Shown here: one piece after another, positions 1-11,700 of the stretch
Numbering within the stretch: the stretch's first letter is position 1
Layout of the letters: every line of letters begins with the position of its first letter
NCBI GenBank assembly: GCA_051294375.1
Contig: JBJCIZ010000743.1
Span: forward strand, 1-27,158
Origin: Paraspadella gotoi
Lineage: Eukaryota > Animalia > Chaetognatha
DNA: 27,158 bases
Direction: 5' to 3'
Program-made: the position numbers and the translations under genes
The notes under the pieces: model-generated
The model's database searches: none
What the model was told of the DNA's origin: nothing
What the model saw: only the letters and a program-made list of their open reading frames with translations

Positions 1-240
1 ATTTGTGACTTTTTGTGACTTGTATTTATTTTTGATAAAGTGAATATTTTTAACTCATTTATTAGTTTTAAAAGATTAGGTATATACTGACCTTGATTAA
101 TAAAAAAAAACCGCATCCTTTTAACCCAATGGAAAGCGTCAGGACTTGTTTTTTCTCAGAATCGACAGATTTTGCGGAAAATTTAGTAAATTTGTCGATT
201 TGCTAAATTTGCTAGGCAACCAAAATTGAAAGAAAAATCA

Positions 241-565
241 TGTCAAGATAGAGGCTCACCCTATCACCAGGCCCTTCTCTCTCCCGCCGGGCTTCCTCTT
301 CCCCCTCTCAACGTCCCCCTCCTCCTCCTCCTCTCGTCGCCTCCTCCTCCTCATCCCTGGGAGTGCATCGGGCTCCCTCGCTCTCGGACGGCACTCACGG
401 CGCAAGGGCTACCAAGACCGCGCGATCTCCTTTTCCTCTCCTCCTTTTCCTTTGTAGTGTATTTGCTGTGGCCTTAACCCCTTTTTATTATTACATATTT
501 ACCTTACTTACCTCTTTTACTTGGTGAGAGGGTAGTCAGATCCTATTCTAGCCAGTTATCCTATC
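241..565 (+). mobile_element. 5' LTR of LTR-like element A (interrupted at TATC by element B; resumes at 11673-11683)
   Basis: Starts TGTCAAGATAG. Joining 521-565 to 11677-11683 rebuilds ...gccagttatcctatcttcagag, giving terminal inverted repeat aagatag/ctatctt and a TG...CA boundary, immediately followed by a PBS. Confidence 0.65.
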
Positions 566-604
566 AACGAAGGAAGTAGGCGTGGTATATTAAGTGAGAA
601 ATAG
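565..604 (-). mobile_element. Terminal 40 bp of the 3' LTR of element B
   Basis: caacgaaggaagtaggcgtggtatattaagtgagaaatag matches 11507-11547 and joins flush to revcomp of 9613 leftward. Confidence 0.9.
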
Positions 605-629
605 NNNNNNNNNNNNNNNNNNNNNNNNN
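605..629. other. Assembly gap (25 N)
   Basis: Run of N. Confidence 1.
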
Positions 630-862
630 TTATTAATATATTATAATATATAAAGTATTGACGGAATTGTGCCAGCGGCGGGGACGGCACCACAGCCAAG
701 GGAAATGAGTTTAGATGGAAAAAACATAGTCACATTTACTTGAATCTTTAATATAATGATTACTAATAAATGTTTTAATTATTAATGAATAATTAATTAA
801 TTAATGAAAAAATGATGCAAGTTAAAAAAATCTGAAAAGCATAAAGATCGTCGCATTTGCAG

Positions 863-901
<39 letters not shown>

Positions 902-3900
902 TGAGAGAGAGAGAGAAGGATACTAAAATAAATAGAGGATATTGGTTTTGTTTTGATAAAATGTAAACAAAACATATTTAATAACTGTCCTAACCCAATT
1001 TTAGGACATCGATGATTATAAGTGAATATAAATTTAAAATTAATTATTACATATTAAAATTAATTAATTAATTAATAATCGATTAATTAATTAATTAATA
1101 TCGTAGGCAGATTCCGACATTGTTTGCTCAAACTTGTTTATGTTACAAACAGTTTGAACTTAAAGGATTGATCTGTTTTAATGGCAATATTGCATATATT
1201 GTGCTTATACATACTTATATCTCTAACACACTCTCCTCTCTCTCTCTCTATCTTCTTTCTGTTTTTCCACTCTCACACTGAACAAAAAAGCAAACAAAAA
1301 ATATATATAAAATAAATAAATCCAATTATTAATAAACAAGTTTGAGCAACAATGTCGGATCTTCCATGATCATTAGCGGTAATTAATTAATTAATTAGTT
1401 TGAAAAATAATAAATAATAATTACATATTGATAATTAAAAGAATAACATCGAACATTTGGAGCGTCAAATGTTTTGAACAATACGACAACGATGACGAAT
1501 ACAATGACGAAGACGACGACGAATCTTTGTACTTTGTGACCCGTATACAGTAGTGGTCAATAAGAATGACCTGTTCTTATCTGGCCTTGTCATGGCGACC
1601 TTTTTTTAGCCAATGTAAAACTAGTTGTTGTTGTTATTTTTTTTATCATTTTTGCTCTTTTACCGTTTTTGATAATACCAGTTTTCTCTATCACAAAAAC
1701 ACGCTCAAATTTTTCTATAAATTCTTGTTCTTGAGTCACCGCAAACATTATAAAAAAATTTCAATCAATTAATTAAATAATAATGATAGCGACCACGACA
1801 ATGATAATACCGACGATGACAAATTGATTGATTGCTTAATTTTTTGATTGTTAATTGAATATTTGATTAATGATGAATAATTAATTAACTGATCAATTCT
1901 GGCATTGTTAGCTCAAAACTGGTTTGTTTTTTCATCTTTTCATATGACCAATAATGACGACCATTGATGATGATAATTATGATAACAAGGATAACACCGT
2001 CATGAATAATTGAATGATTGATTGATCAATTAAATGAAATTCATATCAGGCCTATTAGTTTTTAGGTCTTTTTTGTCAGGTCACTGACCAGGACAAAAGC
2101 AACAACGACGTTGGAAAGTGATGATAATGATAACACTGACATTGTTTAATTGATTTGATTAATTAATGGTTCTTTTAATAATTTATGGATAAATAAATTT
2201 ATTAATTAGATGATTGATAAATTAATTGAATAATTAATTTGATTGATTAATAAAAAAATTGATTCATTAATTTTTTGATTGATTAGTTAATTAACTGATT
2301 GATTAATTAATTGATTAATTTGAATAATTAATGCAGCTTGTATTTACATTTAATAAAAAGAAAAAAGCAAATAGGGAAACAGGTTTTTTTTGTTTTTTTC
2401 ATTTAAACTCATTTCCACTGGAACGATTCTTACATCTTACAATCTTACATTTTCATAATAAAAATTTTACTTATTATTTGTTAATAAAAAGATGTTCAAA
2501 ATTATTCTACCAATGAATTACAATGTCTAAAAAGATATTTTTTATAAATAATAACAAATGTAAAATTTTTAAAGAAACCGAAAGCGATCCGGGCTAAAAA
2601 ACTAGGATTGCACCCGAAAACGGGAGCGGGAGGGGTCTTGGGAAGCGCCGATTGGCAGCGGCGAAAAATCGATCGCTTCCACATCTCTGTGTAAAACAAT
2701 TCATTAGTAGTATCTTCTGATGGTTTTAATAACGCATTTATGAGACAGTGCTTGAACGGATAAAAGAGACTAAATTTTTTACTTGGGTCAAATAAACTAC
2801 TTACTATTTTCGCTACTAAGATTAAATCCATGGTAGGTCCATTTCTTGACTAATTCAAATGCAGTTGCCATTGGACCTATAGCATTTCAGGAATTATTGT
2901 ACGTGTTTTACCAAAGTACATTACTTTCGTCTCTTTGAAACTAAAGCAAAAACAGAATTTTTCTGCATATTGAGAACAGATATCTATCACAATTCATACC
3001 AGCTATTGTTGGAGATAGCTCGTATGTCATCAGCATAAAATATAGAAGCAACAAAAGGTCAAAAAGTTAAAAAGTCCAATGTAACAACCGCTCTTTTTGA
3101 GTTGTAAGATTAGGTCATCAACATACAATGCCCATAAATAAGGATTGAGGACCTTGGCGCACGCCAGAGGGAAACTATAAAGGAATCACTTATTGCTCCT
3201 TTCTATCTGCATCTACTAAAGGTTACATACCAATAACTAAAAGTTCGATAAACAAACAGGAACTCCGCGTTCTTTAAGTTGTTAATGAGACCAAAGTGGT
3301 TAACCTTGTCAAGCCTTTGATGCAGTAAAAAAGTTGTAAAATTCAGAGCCATGATGTTAAATATTCTACACAGTCATTCAGTCTCTGTCAGTCAGTATCA
3401 CTATCCATGAGCCAGTTTTGTGACTAGCTCAATCTGTCTTGTCGGTCTGTCTATGACTTTCTGCATCTGTCCGTCGGTCGGTCCTGTTGTCTTTGTCAGT
3501 CAGTAAAACAACGAAAAAAAAAATGATAAAAATGAAAAAAAAGAATGAATCAGAATTACAAGAAAGCAAGTTGAGCAAACAATGTCGGATCTGCCCACGA
3601 TCATATCGTAATTAATTAATTAATTAATAATTAATTAATAATTAATTAATAATTAATTATATAATTAATTAATTTTTAATAATAAATTAATTTATTTAAT
3701 TAATATTTAATTTATTCACAGTTAATTAATTAATTAAATATGCAATTATGCAATTAATTTGATCCAAAATGTTTGTTTTGATTGAATTAAATTAACTGAT
3801 TTAATTAATTTTGATTAATTATTTGCATTTACATTTAAAATAAAAATAACATAATAAATTAGTGAAACAGGATTCTTTGTTTTTCCATTTAAACTCATTT

Positions 3901-6900
3901 CCACTCAAATGATTGCATCGAAACTTAATTTCCAGCTTTATCACACACTTTCTACCCAAATACAAATTTCAAGTCAATCGCCCCATCCACTCTAGTAATT
4001 GGTGTTCAAATAGTGAAATATATTTTTTTGTTTTTTCCATTTAAAACTCATTTCCACTCGAACGATTCCATCGAAACTTCATATCCAGCTCAATCACACA
4101 CTTCCCTACCAATACACAAAATTTCATTACAATCCATCTATCCAATCACGAGTAATTGTGTTTTTTCTAAGGTGGGACGGACGGCTACGGACAGACATTT
4201 TTTTTTCATAATTTATCATAATTCGATGTTCTGACATGATATAAAGTTACTGCCGACAATATTGGAGGGGGGGACCGACGACCGACAAAGTGAATTATAG
4301 AGTCGGGATCTGCTGATAAGCAGATCCGACTAAAAATTTTAAAAAAATATTTTGAAAATTTAATGATTTTATAATGATATTACTTTAAATATATTGTAAT
4401 TAATGAACTGTTCCCCAAACAAATAAGCAAAATTATTTTTTGTACTCTTAATCATACTATCCTCACGTCTAAAATCCTTGTTTGATCATTCAATAAAATT
4501 TATGTTCCCAGTGCTCCACTCTAGTAGCTAATGGCCATGAGCGATAGTATATTAATGAGTCACGACTATTATGATTATAGGGCGGGGTAACTTATGCAAT
4601 GCCCGACTACACTCCTGTGTCTTGTTTTAACGTTTAAAAAATAAAACTATAATTTTTGGACCTTTGATAATCTGGCTGTTTTCGTTCTGCCGAGACACAC
4701 GGATATAGTTTCTATAATATTCTGTTGATCCTCAAATCTCAACAATGCAGTATGTTCTATCCTGCACCAGCCACCATCAATCCATAAAAATCCAAATATT
4801 CCAGATCATCCCAAAAATAATTGCAACCGAATCAGGCATAGAGCTCTTATAGATGTTGGAAAGAATGGTCCAGACCTATGCTTCGAATCGAGCCAGTATG
4901 TAGAAGAATGAACGCCTGAAATTTTGAAAAAAAAAACTTTTCCTCCAAAGGTATGTATGTATCTATCTAGGGAGAAGGGCTAAGGTTTCGCATACAATCA
5001 GAGTCTTTTAGACAAACGAAATCTGAACTTCACTAATTACCATCCCCTTTTCTTTGTATCTTGGTTAGTACGAAGCTTTCTTCAATTTAAAAAAATGGTA
5101 GTCTCAAGTTATCTCCTTCTTATCCACTTAGAACTTCCCAGGTAAATTCTATGAGTTAAAAATACAGTAAGACATGATTTCTTCAATGCTTGTCAATCTA
5201 ATCTCATTAACTGCTTATTATAGAAATAAGTATGTGAATTTATGGTACAGGTAATTTTAAAGATCGAATTCCTTATAAGATCTTCATGTCTTTTACTTAC
5301 ACAAAGATTTTAAGTTAAGACGCCACATTATCTGATACAATTTTTTTTTCCTTCATACGCTTTTTCCTGATTATTTTTCTTGACCTCTTTTCCTCTCTTT
5401 CTTTATATTTTCCTCTTGCCTCTTTCCTCCCTTACTTCTCATGCTGTCACTTACCATTTTTTTGGCCACTCATGCACTTTTCCTCACCTTTTTTTTCTCA
5501 TTTTCATTCTTTCCATTTCTTTCCCTTTCTTTCCCTTTCTTTCCCCTCTTTTCTTTCCATTTTTTCCCTCTTTTCTACCTTACAATTGTTTCACTATTTT
5601 TCCCCATTTGCCTCGTTTTTTTGCCTTTCACCCCCTCTCATTCATTCTCTCCCTTTTTCCGTTTTATTGTTTTCCCTTTCGTCTTCCCTCTCACTACATT
5701 TACATTGAGCAATGAAAAAAAAAAATCTTTTATGCATTATAAGAAGAAATGAACGGTAGCGCATGCTCTGAAGATAGAATAACTGGCTAGAATAGGATCT
5801 GACTACCCTCTCACCAATTTCCCGAATTAGTGCTGAAAAAGGGATTAGATTAATACTTTATAATTTTACACTTTTACAAATTTTTTTACACCTTTTACAA
5901 CTTCCCGGATTAGTGCTGAAAAAGGATGAGATTAATACTTTATAATTTTGACACTTACTTTTTACACTTTTTTAACACTCCCGATTAAGATAGTTCTTTA
6001 ATATCATTTCAATTTTACACTTACAATTTTCCCGGATTAGTGCTGAAAGAAAATGATGGATTACTCTTTTACAGTTTTAACTTTTACATTTTTTCTATAA
6101 CTTTTATTAATTTCCCGGATTAGTGCTGAAGAAGAAAAAAAATTATATAGATTATTACTCTATACACTTACAATTTTGTTATTGACAATGCGTTTTTTAG
6201 TGTGTGTGTGTTGCGCGAGGAGAGATAGAAATAAAATTAGAAAATTAGTTAAGTTGAAAAAAAATCTTTTTTTGCGCAGACGAGGATAAGAGAAAGGTTA
6301 GGTGAGAGAAAAAAAATTAGATGAGGTTAGCTTTACAAAAGAAACGAGAAGAATTTTGATGTCTCCGGGTGGGTTTGGGTAGTGTCGGTTAAGTGCCGGT
6401 TAACTTAAAGTCGGGAGCACGGACTCTCTAACCTGGGTAGGTTAACCTAGGGGAGAGGCCTGATTGGGCGCCACTCTGAAGATAAACATCAAACTCCTTA
6501 TGGACTATTTGTTATATTGTTTATGCCTGCCTTTCTCTGCATAATCTACATATTTTGTGTGTTAATTATCATCATCCCCAAGTTGTTCTTATGTCAATAA
6601 ACTCCTCCTATTTCTCACTTAATATACCACGCTACTTCCTTTCGTTGTGGTGACAGGACTGGATTAGACTCACCACGCCTCCTAAGAAGACCACTCTACC
6701 AAAATTACGCACCCTCCATCAAAAATTACGCTACCCTACCAAAAGAATTACGTCATCCTACGTCATCACTACGTAAACCTTCCGAATTGACTACTCAAAA
6801 AAAATATATAATATAAAAATAAATTAAAAAAATAAAATTAAAAATAAAAATAAAAAAGATTCAACCACAAAAACGACATTATAAGAAATAAAAACAAGAC

Positions 6901-8407
6901 TGAAAATTTAAAAACAATACCCATTTTGCGAATTCAGGAGTGCGTTTAACGTAGCCTGAGTGCAAAAAAAACAACAAAAAAAAAACAACCAAAAAACCCT
7001 CAATCTCTCAAAAAGGAATTTCCAGGAAAATAAATTAAGCTACATAAACAAAAAACATTTCTTCAACAATTAAAGCTCTTACAAACAATCCTATATTCCC
7101 AGACTATTGAAAATAGAAGTTAAAATTCCAATAGCCGCCCCCCTTTACATTCGATTCTTAGAAAAAACGACGCCAAACTTAGCAAAAGATAGCCTCCCGG
7201 ACCTTTTCCCAATGACCATATGTTTTCTCTCTGAGCCGCGTCGTCACATGACCCAGCATTGCCCCCAAACACCAAAAGACAAACTCGATCGCTCCTGTTA
7301 ATCCTATTCAAAATAAAAAGAAGCCCAGCCGAAGTCGCGACAACAACAACAACAAAACCTCGCTCTGTCTCTATCTCTCTCCCTTTGAAATCCAGCTAAG
7401 AAATGCTATCCTAACACATAAAAAACCGGTACCAGAAAGAACCTGCAACGGCCAAACAATGGCCAATCCGGACCAAATGAAAGTCAATTTGAAAATGCAG
7501 CTTCTAAGCTCATTTCTCACCCTACTCTATTCCCGCGCCAATAAGCAATGAAGATGAAAATAATTTTTAAGAAATGCGATCTCTACTACAAGTACTTTTC
7601 AGCCCCCTCATCCTTCGATGGACCCGCCACATTGGAATAGTAAAACTATTTCAAAATAACTTAACTCATGAGGCCCGTCTTTCATTTAGAAGCCCAAGCA
7701 CCTCCTATGATCTCAAATAGAATCACAAACCAAACCTTGGCAAATGGATATCATAACCCATATCAATCTAAGACGAACTCCACAACTGTGAAAACATGTT
7801 ATTTGATCAGGCCAGAAAAAAACTATGATTTGTACATTAAGGTGCTATGATATTGAAGATGGCATTATTTTAAAGCTGAATTTGATCGTTTATTCCGAGA
7901 AAAGAAAAGAAAAGAAGAAAAAGATAAAAGAAAAGAAGAAGAAAAAAGGATAGAAGGAAAAGAATAAAGAGGAAAGACGTTTAGCAGGAGAATTATTCAT
8001 GGCACAATTTTAAAGTACCAAACCCGTTCAAAATCGAAGGTACTGAGGACAAAGATAAAACGTGTAGACAAAGTAAAAAACGATGTAGAAAAGACCACAG
8101 AGAAGGAAAAGAGCTCGAATCAACTACCATAAAAACCGGAGAAGAACAAAAACAGGCAATACCACCCAAAAAACTTACCATAGAACAGGTATTGCCGAAA
8201 TATTCTCTGGGCCATCTGAACAAGAAAAAGAAAAAGTCAGCAACTCTCCTTCTTACAAACACTCAACTAAACCAAACCATAAAGGATGCAGAGATACAAA
8301 CAGAAGCCTTACAATCCAAAACACTTGCATGACAAATTCAACAGAAACAGATAATCCCACATGGAATATAGCAGACCAAAAGATACAAACAGAAGACATT
8401 AAAGACC
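630..8407 (-). repeat. Left arm of giant inverted duplication of 9614-17522 (probable mis-oriented long-read patch)
   Basis: Collinear reverse complement of 9614-17522 throughout (e.g. 630 ttattaatata...gacggaattgtgccag vs 17478-17522; 8395-8407 gacattaaagacc vs 9614 ggtctttaatgtc). It differs mostly by 1-bp indels that break frames that are open in the right arm, and it starts exactly at the 25-N gap. Confidence 0.95.
4662..4915 (-). pseudogene. Frameshifted mirror copy of the channel pore/S6 exon (likely artefact, not a true pseudogene)
   Basis: Reverse complement of 13191-13451 with several single-base indels. Confidence 0.7.
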
Positions 8408-9300
8408 CGCAAAGCATTTAAAAGACAGTTTCAACACAAACAAAGGATCCCCAAATAGCATTACAATGGCAACACAAACTGATGAACCCCCAATACAATA
8501 CAATGGGCAACACAAACTGATGAACCCCAAATAACAATACATGGCAACACAAACTGAGGAACCCCCAAGCAAAAGTCTACAGGTTCTTACCCGACTTCTC
8601 CAATTTGATTAAAACTCTTTCAGATACCCTGGATGAAATTTCTAATTTATACCAAACTGATCAAGCTGATCAAGCTGACCTTGCACATGCAAAAAAATGT
8701 GAGAACATCGACGCAACAAGTCAAACAGTCAAGTCAATGAAGCAACAGTTGTCATTTAAAACAACAAAATAGAATCGCCCTCCACTGCAACAACCAAATG
8801 TCTCTTCCCAGTGCAAAACTAGAGGATAAAATTCACTCCATAAAGACCAGCTTAGAAAACTCACTACTGAAGTGACAAGTCTTAGAAATATTAGTACAAA
8901 CATTCAAAAAATTACAAGCAGCATGAGCAGAAAAAGGTTGAGAAAGAAAAGAAACAAAAAAACCAAGCAGATCCTGTCAGAATCATCCAAAACTGATGGA
9001 TCTTAAATAAAACCACCATCTCCACAAATCCTAACACCAGAAACTACAAAGCTAAACCCATTGGCAAGAACCTAGAAGGCACTACATGTTATCCAAACAA
9101 ATGGGCAGATTAAATCCCTTTCATCACAATCACTACTGGATGACAAAACAATACCTCCATGGTGGACTTCAACTTCTCCACAGCCTCTTTATCCAACACC
9201 TAGGTGGACCTATGAGCTTGACAGGGGCCAATATACAGACATAGAAGATGGATGAATAGAGACTTGGGATAAAGAACACGCTCGACCAATTCTCAGATGA
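7548..9300 (+). CDS. Element B ORF, full-length but frameshifted low-quality copy; only source for the C-terminal half
   Basis: 7548-8407 mirrors the intact ORF. 8280-8560 encodes KDAEIQTE, DQKIQTE, KTVSTQTK and 3x TMATQT(D/E)EP. 8850-8970 reads DQLRKLTTEVTSLRNISTNIQKITSSMSRKRLRKKRNKK. Ends just before the PPT. Confidence 0.6.
8460..8566 (+). repeat. ~39-bp coding tandem repeat, 3 copies (TMATQTDEPQI..)
   Basis: caatggcaacacaaactgatgaacccc repeated three times with small indels. Confidence 0.85.
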
Positions 9301-9319
9301 CACGAGAAGGTCTCGCAAT

Positions 9320-9330
9320 GGGAGGGGGGG
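9320..9330 (+). promoter_or_regulatory. Polypurine tract of element B
   Basis: GGGAGGGGGGG immediately before the TG start of the 3' LTR. Confidence 0.8.
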
Positions 9331-9613
9331 TGACAACGCAGAGAATGGATTATCAAGTGGCTTGTCTCTCTTGGCTTCTCCGTCTTTTCTTCTGATTGAC
9401 CAATAAGAGAGGAGGCTTCCCTCAGGAAACCGACGGCAGAGAAACGAGAGAGGAAACTAGATCACTCTTCAACTTACTTCAAGAAACAAACATCAAAACT
9501 CCTTATGGACTATTTGTTATATTGTTTATTGCCTGCCTTTCTCTGCATAATCTACATATTTTGTGTGTTAATTATCATCATCCCAAGTTGTTCTTATGTC
9601 AATAAAACTCCTC

Positions 9614-10595
9614 GGTCTTTAATGTCTTCTGTTTGTATCTTTTGGTCTGCTATATTACCATGTGGGGGATTATCTGTTTCTGTTGAATTTGTCAATGCAA
9701 GTGTTTTGGATTGTAAGGCTNNNNNNNNNNNNNNNNNNNNNNNNNNNNNNNNNNNNNNNNNNNNNNNNNNNNNNNNNNNNNNNNNNNNNNNNNNNNNNNN
9801 NNNNNNNNNNNNNNNNNNNNNNNNNNNNNNNNNNNNNNNNNNNNNNNNNNNNNNNNNNNNNNNNNNNNNNNNNNNNNNNNNNNNNNNNNNNNNNNNNNNN
9901 NNNNNNNNNNNNNNNNNNNNNNNNNNNNNNNNNNNNNCAGAGAATATTTCGGCAAATACCTGTTCTATGGTAAGTTTTTTGGGTGGTATTGCCTGTTTTT
10001 GTTCTTCTCCGGTTTTATGGCTAGTTGATTCGAGCTCTTTTCCTTCCTCTGTGGTCTTTTCTACATCGTTTTTTACTTTGTCTACACGTTTATCTTTGTC
10101 CTCAGTACCTTCAGATTTTGAACGGTTTGGTACTTTAAATTGTGCCATGAATAATTCTCCTGCTAAACGTCTTTCCTCTTTATTCTTTTCTTCTATCCTT
10201 TTTTCTTCTTCTTTTCTTTTATCTTTTTCTTCTTTTCTTTTCTTTTCTCGGGATAAACGATCAAATTCAGCTTTAAAAATAATGCCATCTTCAATATCAT
10301 AGCACCTAATGTACAAATCATAGTTTTTTTCTGGCCTGATCAAATAACATGTTTTCACAGTTGTGGAGTTCGTCTTAGATTGAATGGGTACGATATCCAT
10401 TTGCCAAGGTTTGGTTTGTGATTCTATTTGAAGATCATAGGAGGTGCTTGGGCTTCTAAATGAAAGACGGGCCTCATGAGTTAAGTTATTTTGAAATAGT
10501 TTTACTATTCCAATGTGCGGTCCATCGAAGGATGAGGGGGCTGAAAAGTACTTGTAGTAGAGATCGCATTTCTTAAAAATTATTTCATCTTCCAT
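9614..10595 (-). CDS. Element B ORF, N-terminal half: RanBP1/PH-fold-like domain, K/E-rich coil, IQT motif(s)
   Basis: Open frame from ATG 10595 (ORF track 9594..10595; the last 7 codons are read-through across the mis-join). Motifs EDEIIFKK, GIVKLFQNNLTHEARLSFR and LYIRCYDIEDGIIFKAEFD parallel RanBP1 EEELFKMR, GDVKLLKHKEKGAIRLLMR and LAIRFLNAENAQKFKTKFE. Confidence 0.75.
9721..9937. other. Assembly gap (217 N)
   Basis: Run of N. The mirror copy spans this interval with only ~100 bp (about 8210-8305). Confidence 1.
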
Positions 10596-11488
10596 TGCTT
10601 ATTGGCGCGGGAATAGAGTAGGGTGAGAAATTGAGCTTAGAAGCTGGCAATTTTCAAATGACTTTTCATTTGGTCCGGATTGGCCATTGTTTGGCCGTTG
10701 CAGGTTCTTTTCTGGTACGCGTTTTTTATGTGTATGGAGCATTTCTTAGCTGGTATTTCAAAGGGAGAGAGATAACGACAGGCGAGGTTTGTTGTTGTTG
10801 TTGGTCGCGACTTCGGCGTGGGCTTCTTTTTATTTTGAATAGGATTAACAGGGAGCGATCGAGTTTGTCTTTTGTGTTTGGGGGCAATGCTGGGTCATGT
10901 GAAGACGCGGCTCAGAGAGAAAACATATGGTCATTGGGAAAGTCCGGGAGGCTATCTTTTGCTAAGTTTGGCGTCGTTTTTTCTAAGAATCGAATGTAAA
11001 GGGGGGCGGCTATTGGAATTTTAAACTTCTATTTTCAATAGTCTGGGAATATAGGATTGTTTGTAAGAGCTTTAATTGTTGAAGAAATGTTTTTTTGTTT
11101 ATGTAGCTTAAATTTAATTTTCCTGGAAATATTCCTTTTTTGAGAGATTGAGGGTTTTTTGGTTGTTTTTTTTTGTTGTTTTTTTTGCACTCAGGCTACG
11201 TTTAAACGCACTCCTGAATTCGCAAAATGGGTATTGTTTTTAAATTTTCAGTCTTGTTTTTATTTCTTATAATGTCGTTTTTTGTGGTTGAATCTTTTTT
11301 ATTTTTTATTTTTTAATTTTATTTTTTTAATTTATTTTTATATATATATTTTTTTTGAGTAGTCAATTCGGAAGGTTTACGTAGGATGACGTAGGATGAC
11401 GTAATTCTTTTTGGTAGGGTAGCGTAATTTTTGATGGAGGGTAGCGTAATTTTGGTAGAGTGGTCTTCTTAGGAGGCGTGGTGAGTCT

Positions 11489-11506
11489 AATCCAGTCCTG
11501 TCACCA
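11489..11506 (-). promoter_or_regulatory. Primer binding site of element B (tRNA identity uncertain, Leu-like)
   Basis: TGGTGACAGGACTGGATT directly abuts the LTR end and resembles the Leu-type PBS TGGTGTCAGGAGTGGGATT with mismatches. Confidence 0.55.
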
Positions 11507-11683
11507 CAACGAAAGGAAGTAGGCGTGGTATATTAAGTGAGAAATAGGAGGAGTTTTATTGACATAAGAACAACTTGGGATGATGATAATTAACACACAA
11601 AATATGTAGATTATGCAGAGAAAAGGCAGGCAATAAACAATATAACAAATAGTCCATAAGGAGTTTGATGTTTATCTTCAGAG

Positions 11684-11700
11684 TGGCGCCCAATCAGGCC
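11684..11700 (+). promoter_or_regulatory. Primer binding site, tRNA-Lys-like
   Basis: TGGCGCCCAA, 3 nt after an LTR-ending CA, matches the start of the canonical Lys PBS TGGCGCCCAACGTGGGGC. Confidence 0.7.

Larger units (their letters stand above)
6484..9613 (+). mobile_element. LTR-like element B, most complete view (in the error-rich patch): partial 5' LTR 6484-6647, PBS 6648-6665, ORF ~7548-9300, PPT 9320-9330, 3' LTR 9331-9613
   Basis: Direct repeat 6484-6606 = 9488-9613. TGGTGACAGGACTGGATT follows the first repeat. GGGAGGGGGGG is followed by TGACAACG. AATAAA at 9601. No RT, RNase H or integrase motifs seen. Confidence 0.85.
9614..11673 (-). mobile_element. LTR-like element B, 5' half in true orientation (partial LTR 11507-11673, PBS 11489-11506)
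   Basis: Mirror of 6484-8407. TATC is duplicated at 562-565 and 11673-11676, whereas the empty site at 12326-12329 has a single TATC. Confidence 0.85.

Noticed and set aside
522-545. TGGTGAGAGGGTAGTCAG as a tRNA gene end or second PBS
   Set aside because: No cloverleaf or A/B boxes can be built, and it lies inside the element A LTR whose PBS is at 11684.
676-698. GC-rich 23-bp insertion present only in the left arm
   Set aside because: Next to the end of the low-quality patch; most likely read noise.
5380-5752. F/L/S-rich 'membrane protein' ORFs (also 12343-12724)
   Set aside because: Translations of a pyrimidine-rich low-complexity tract in several frames.
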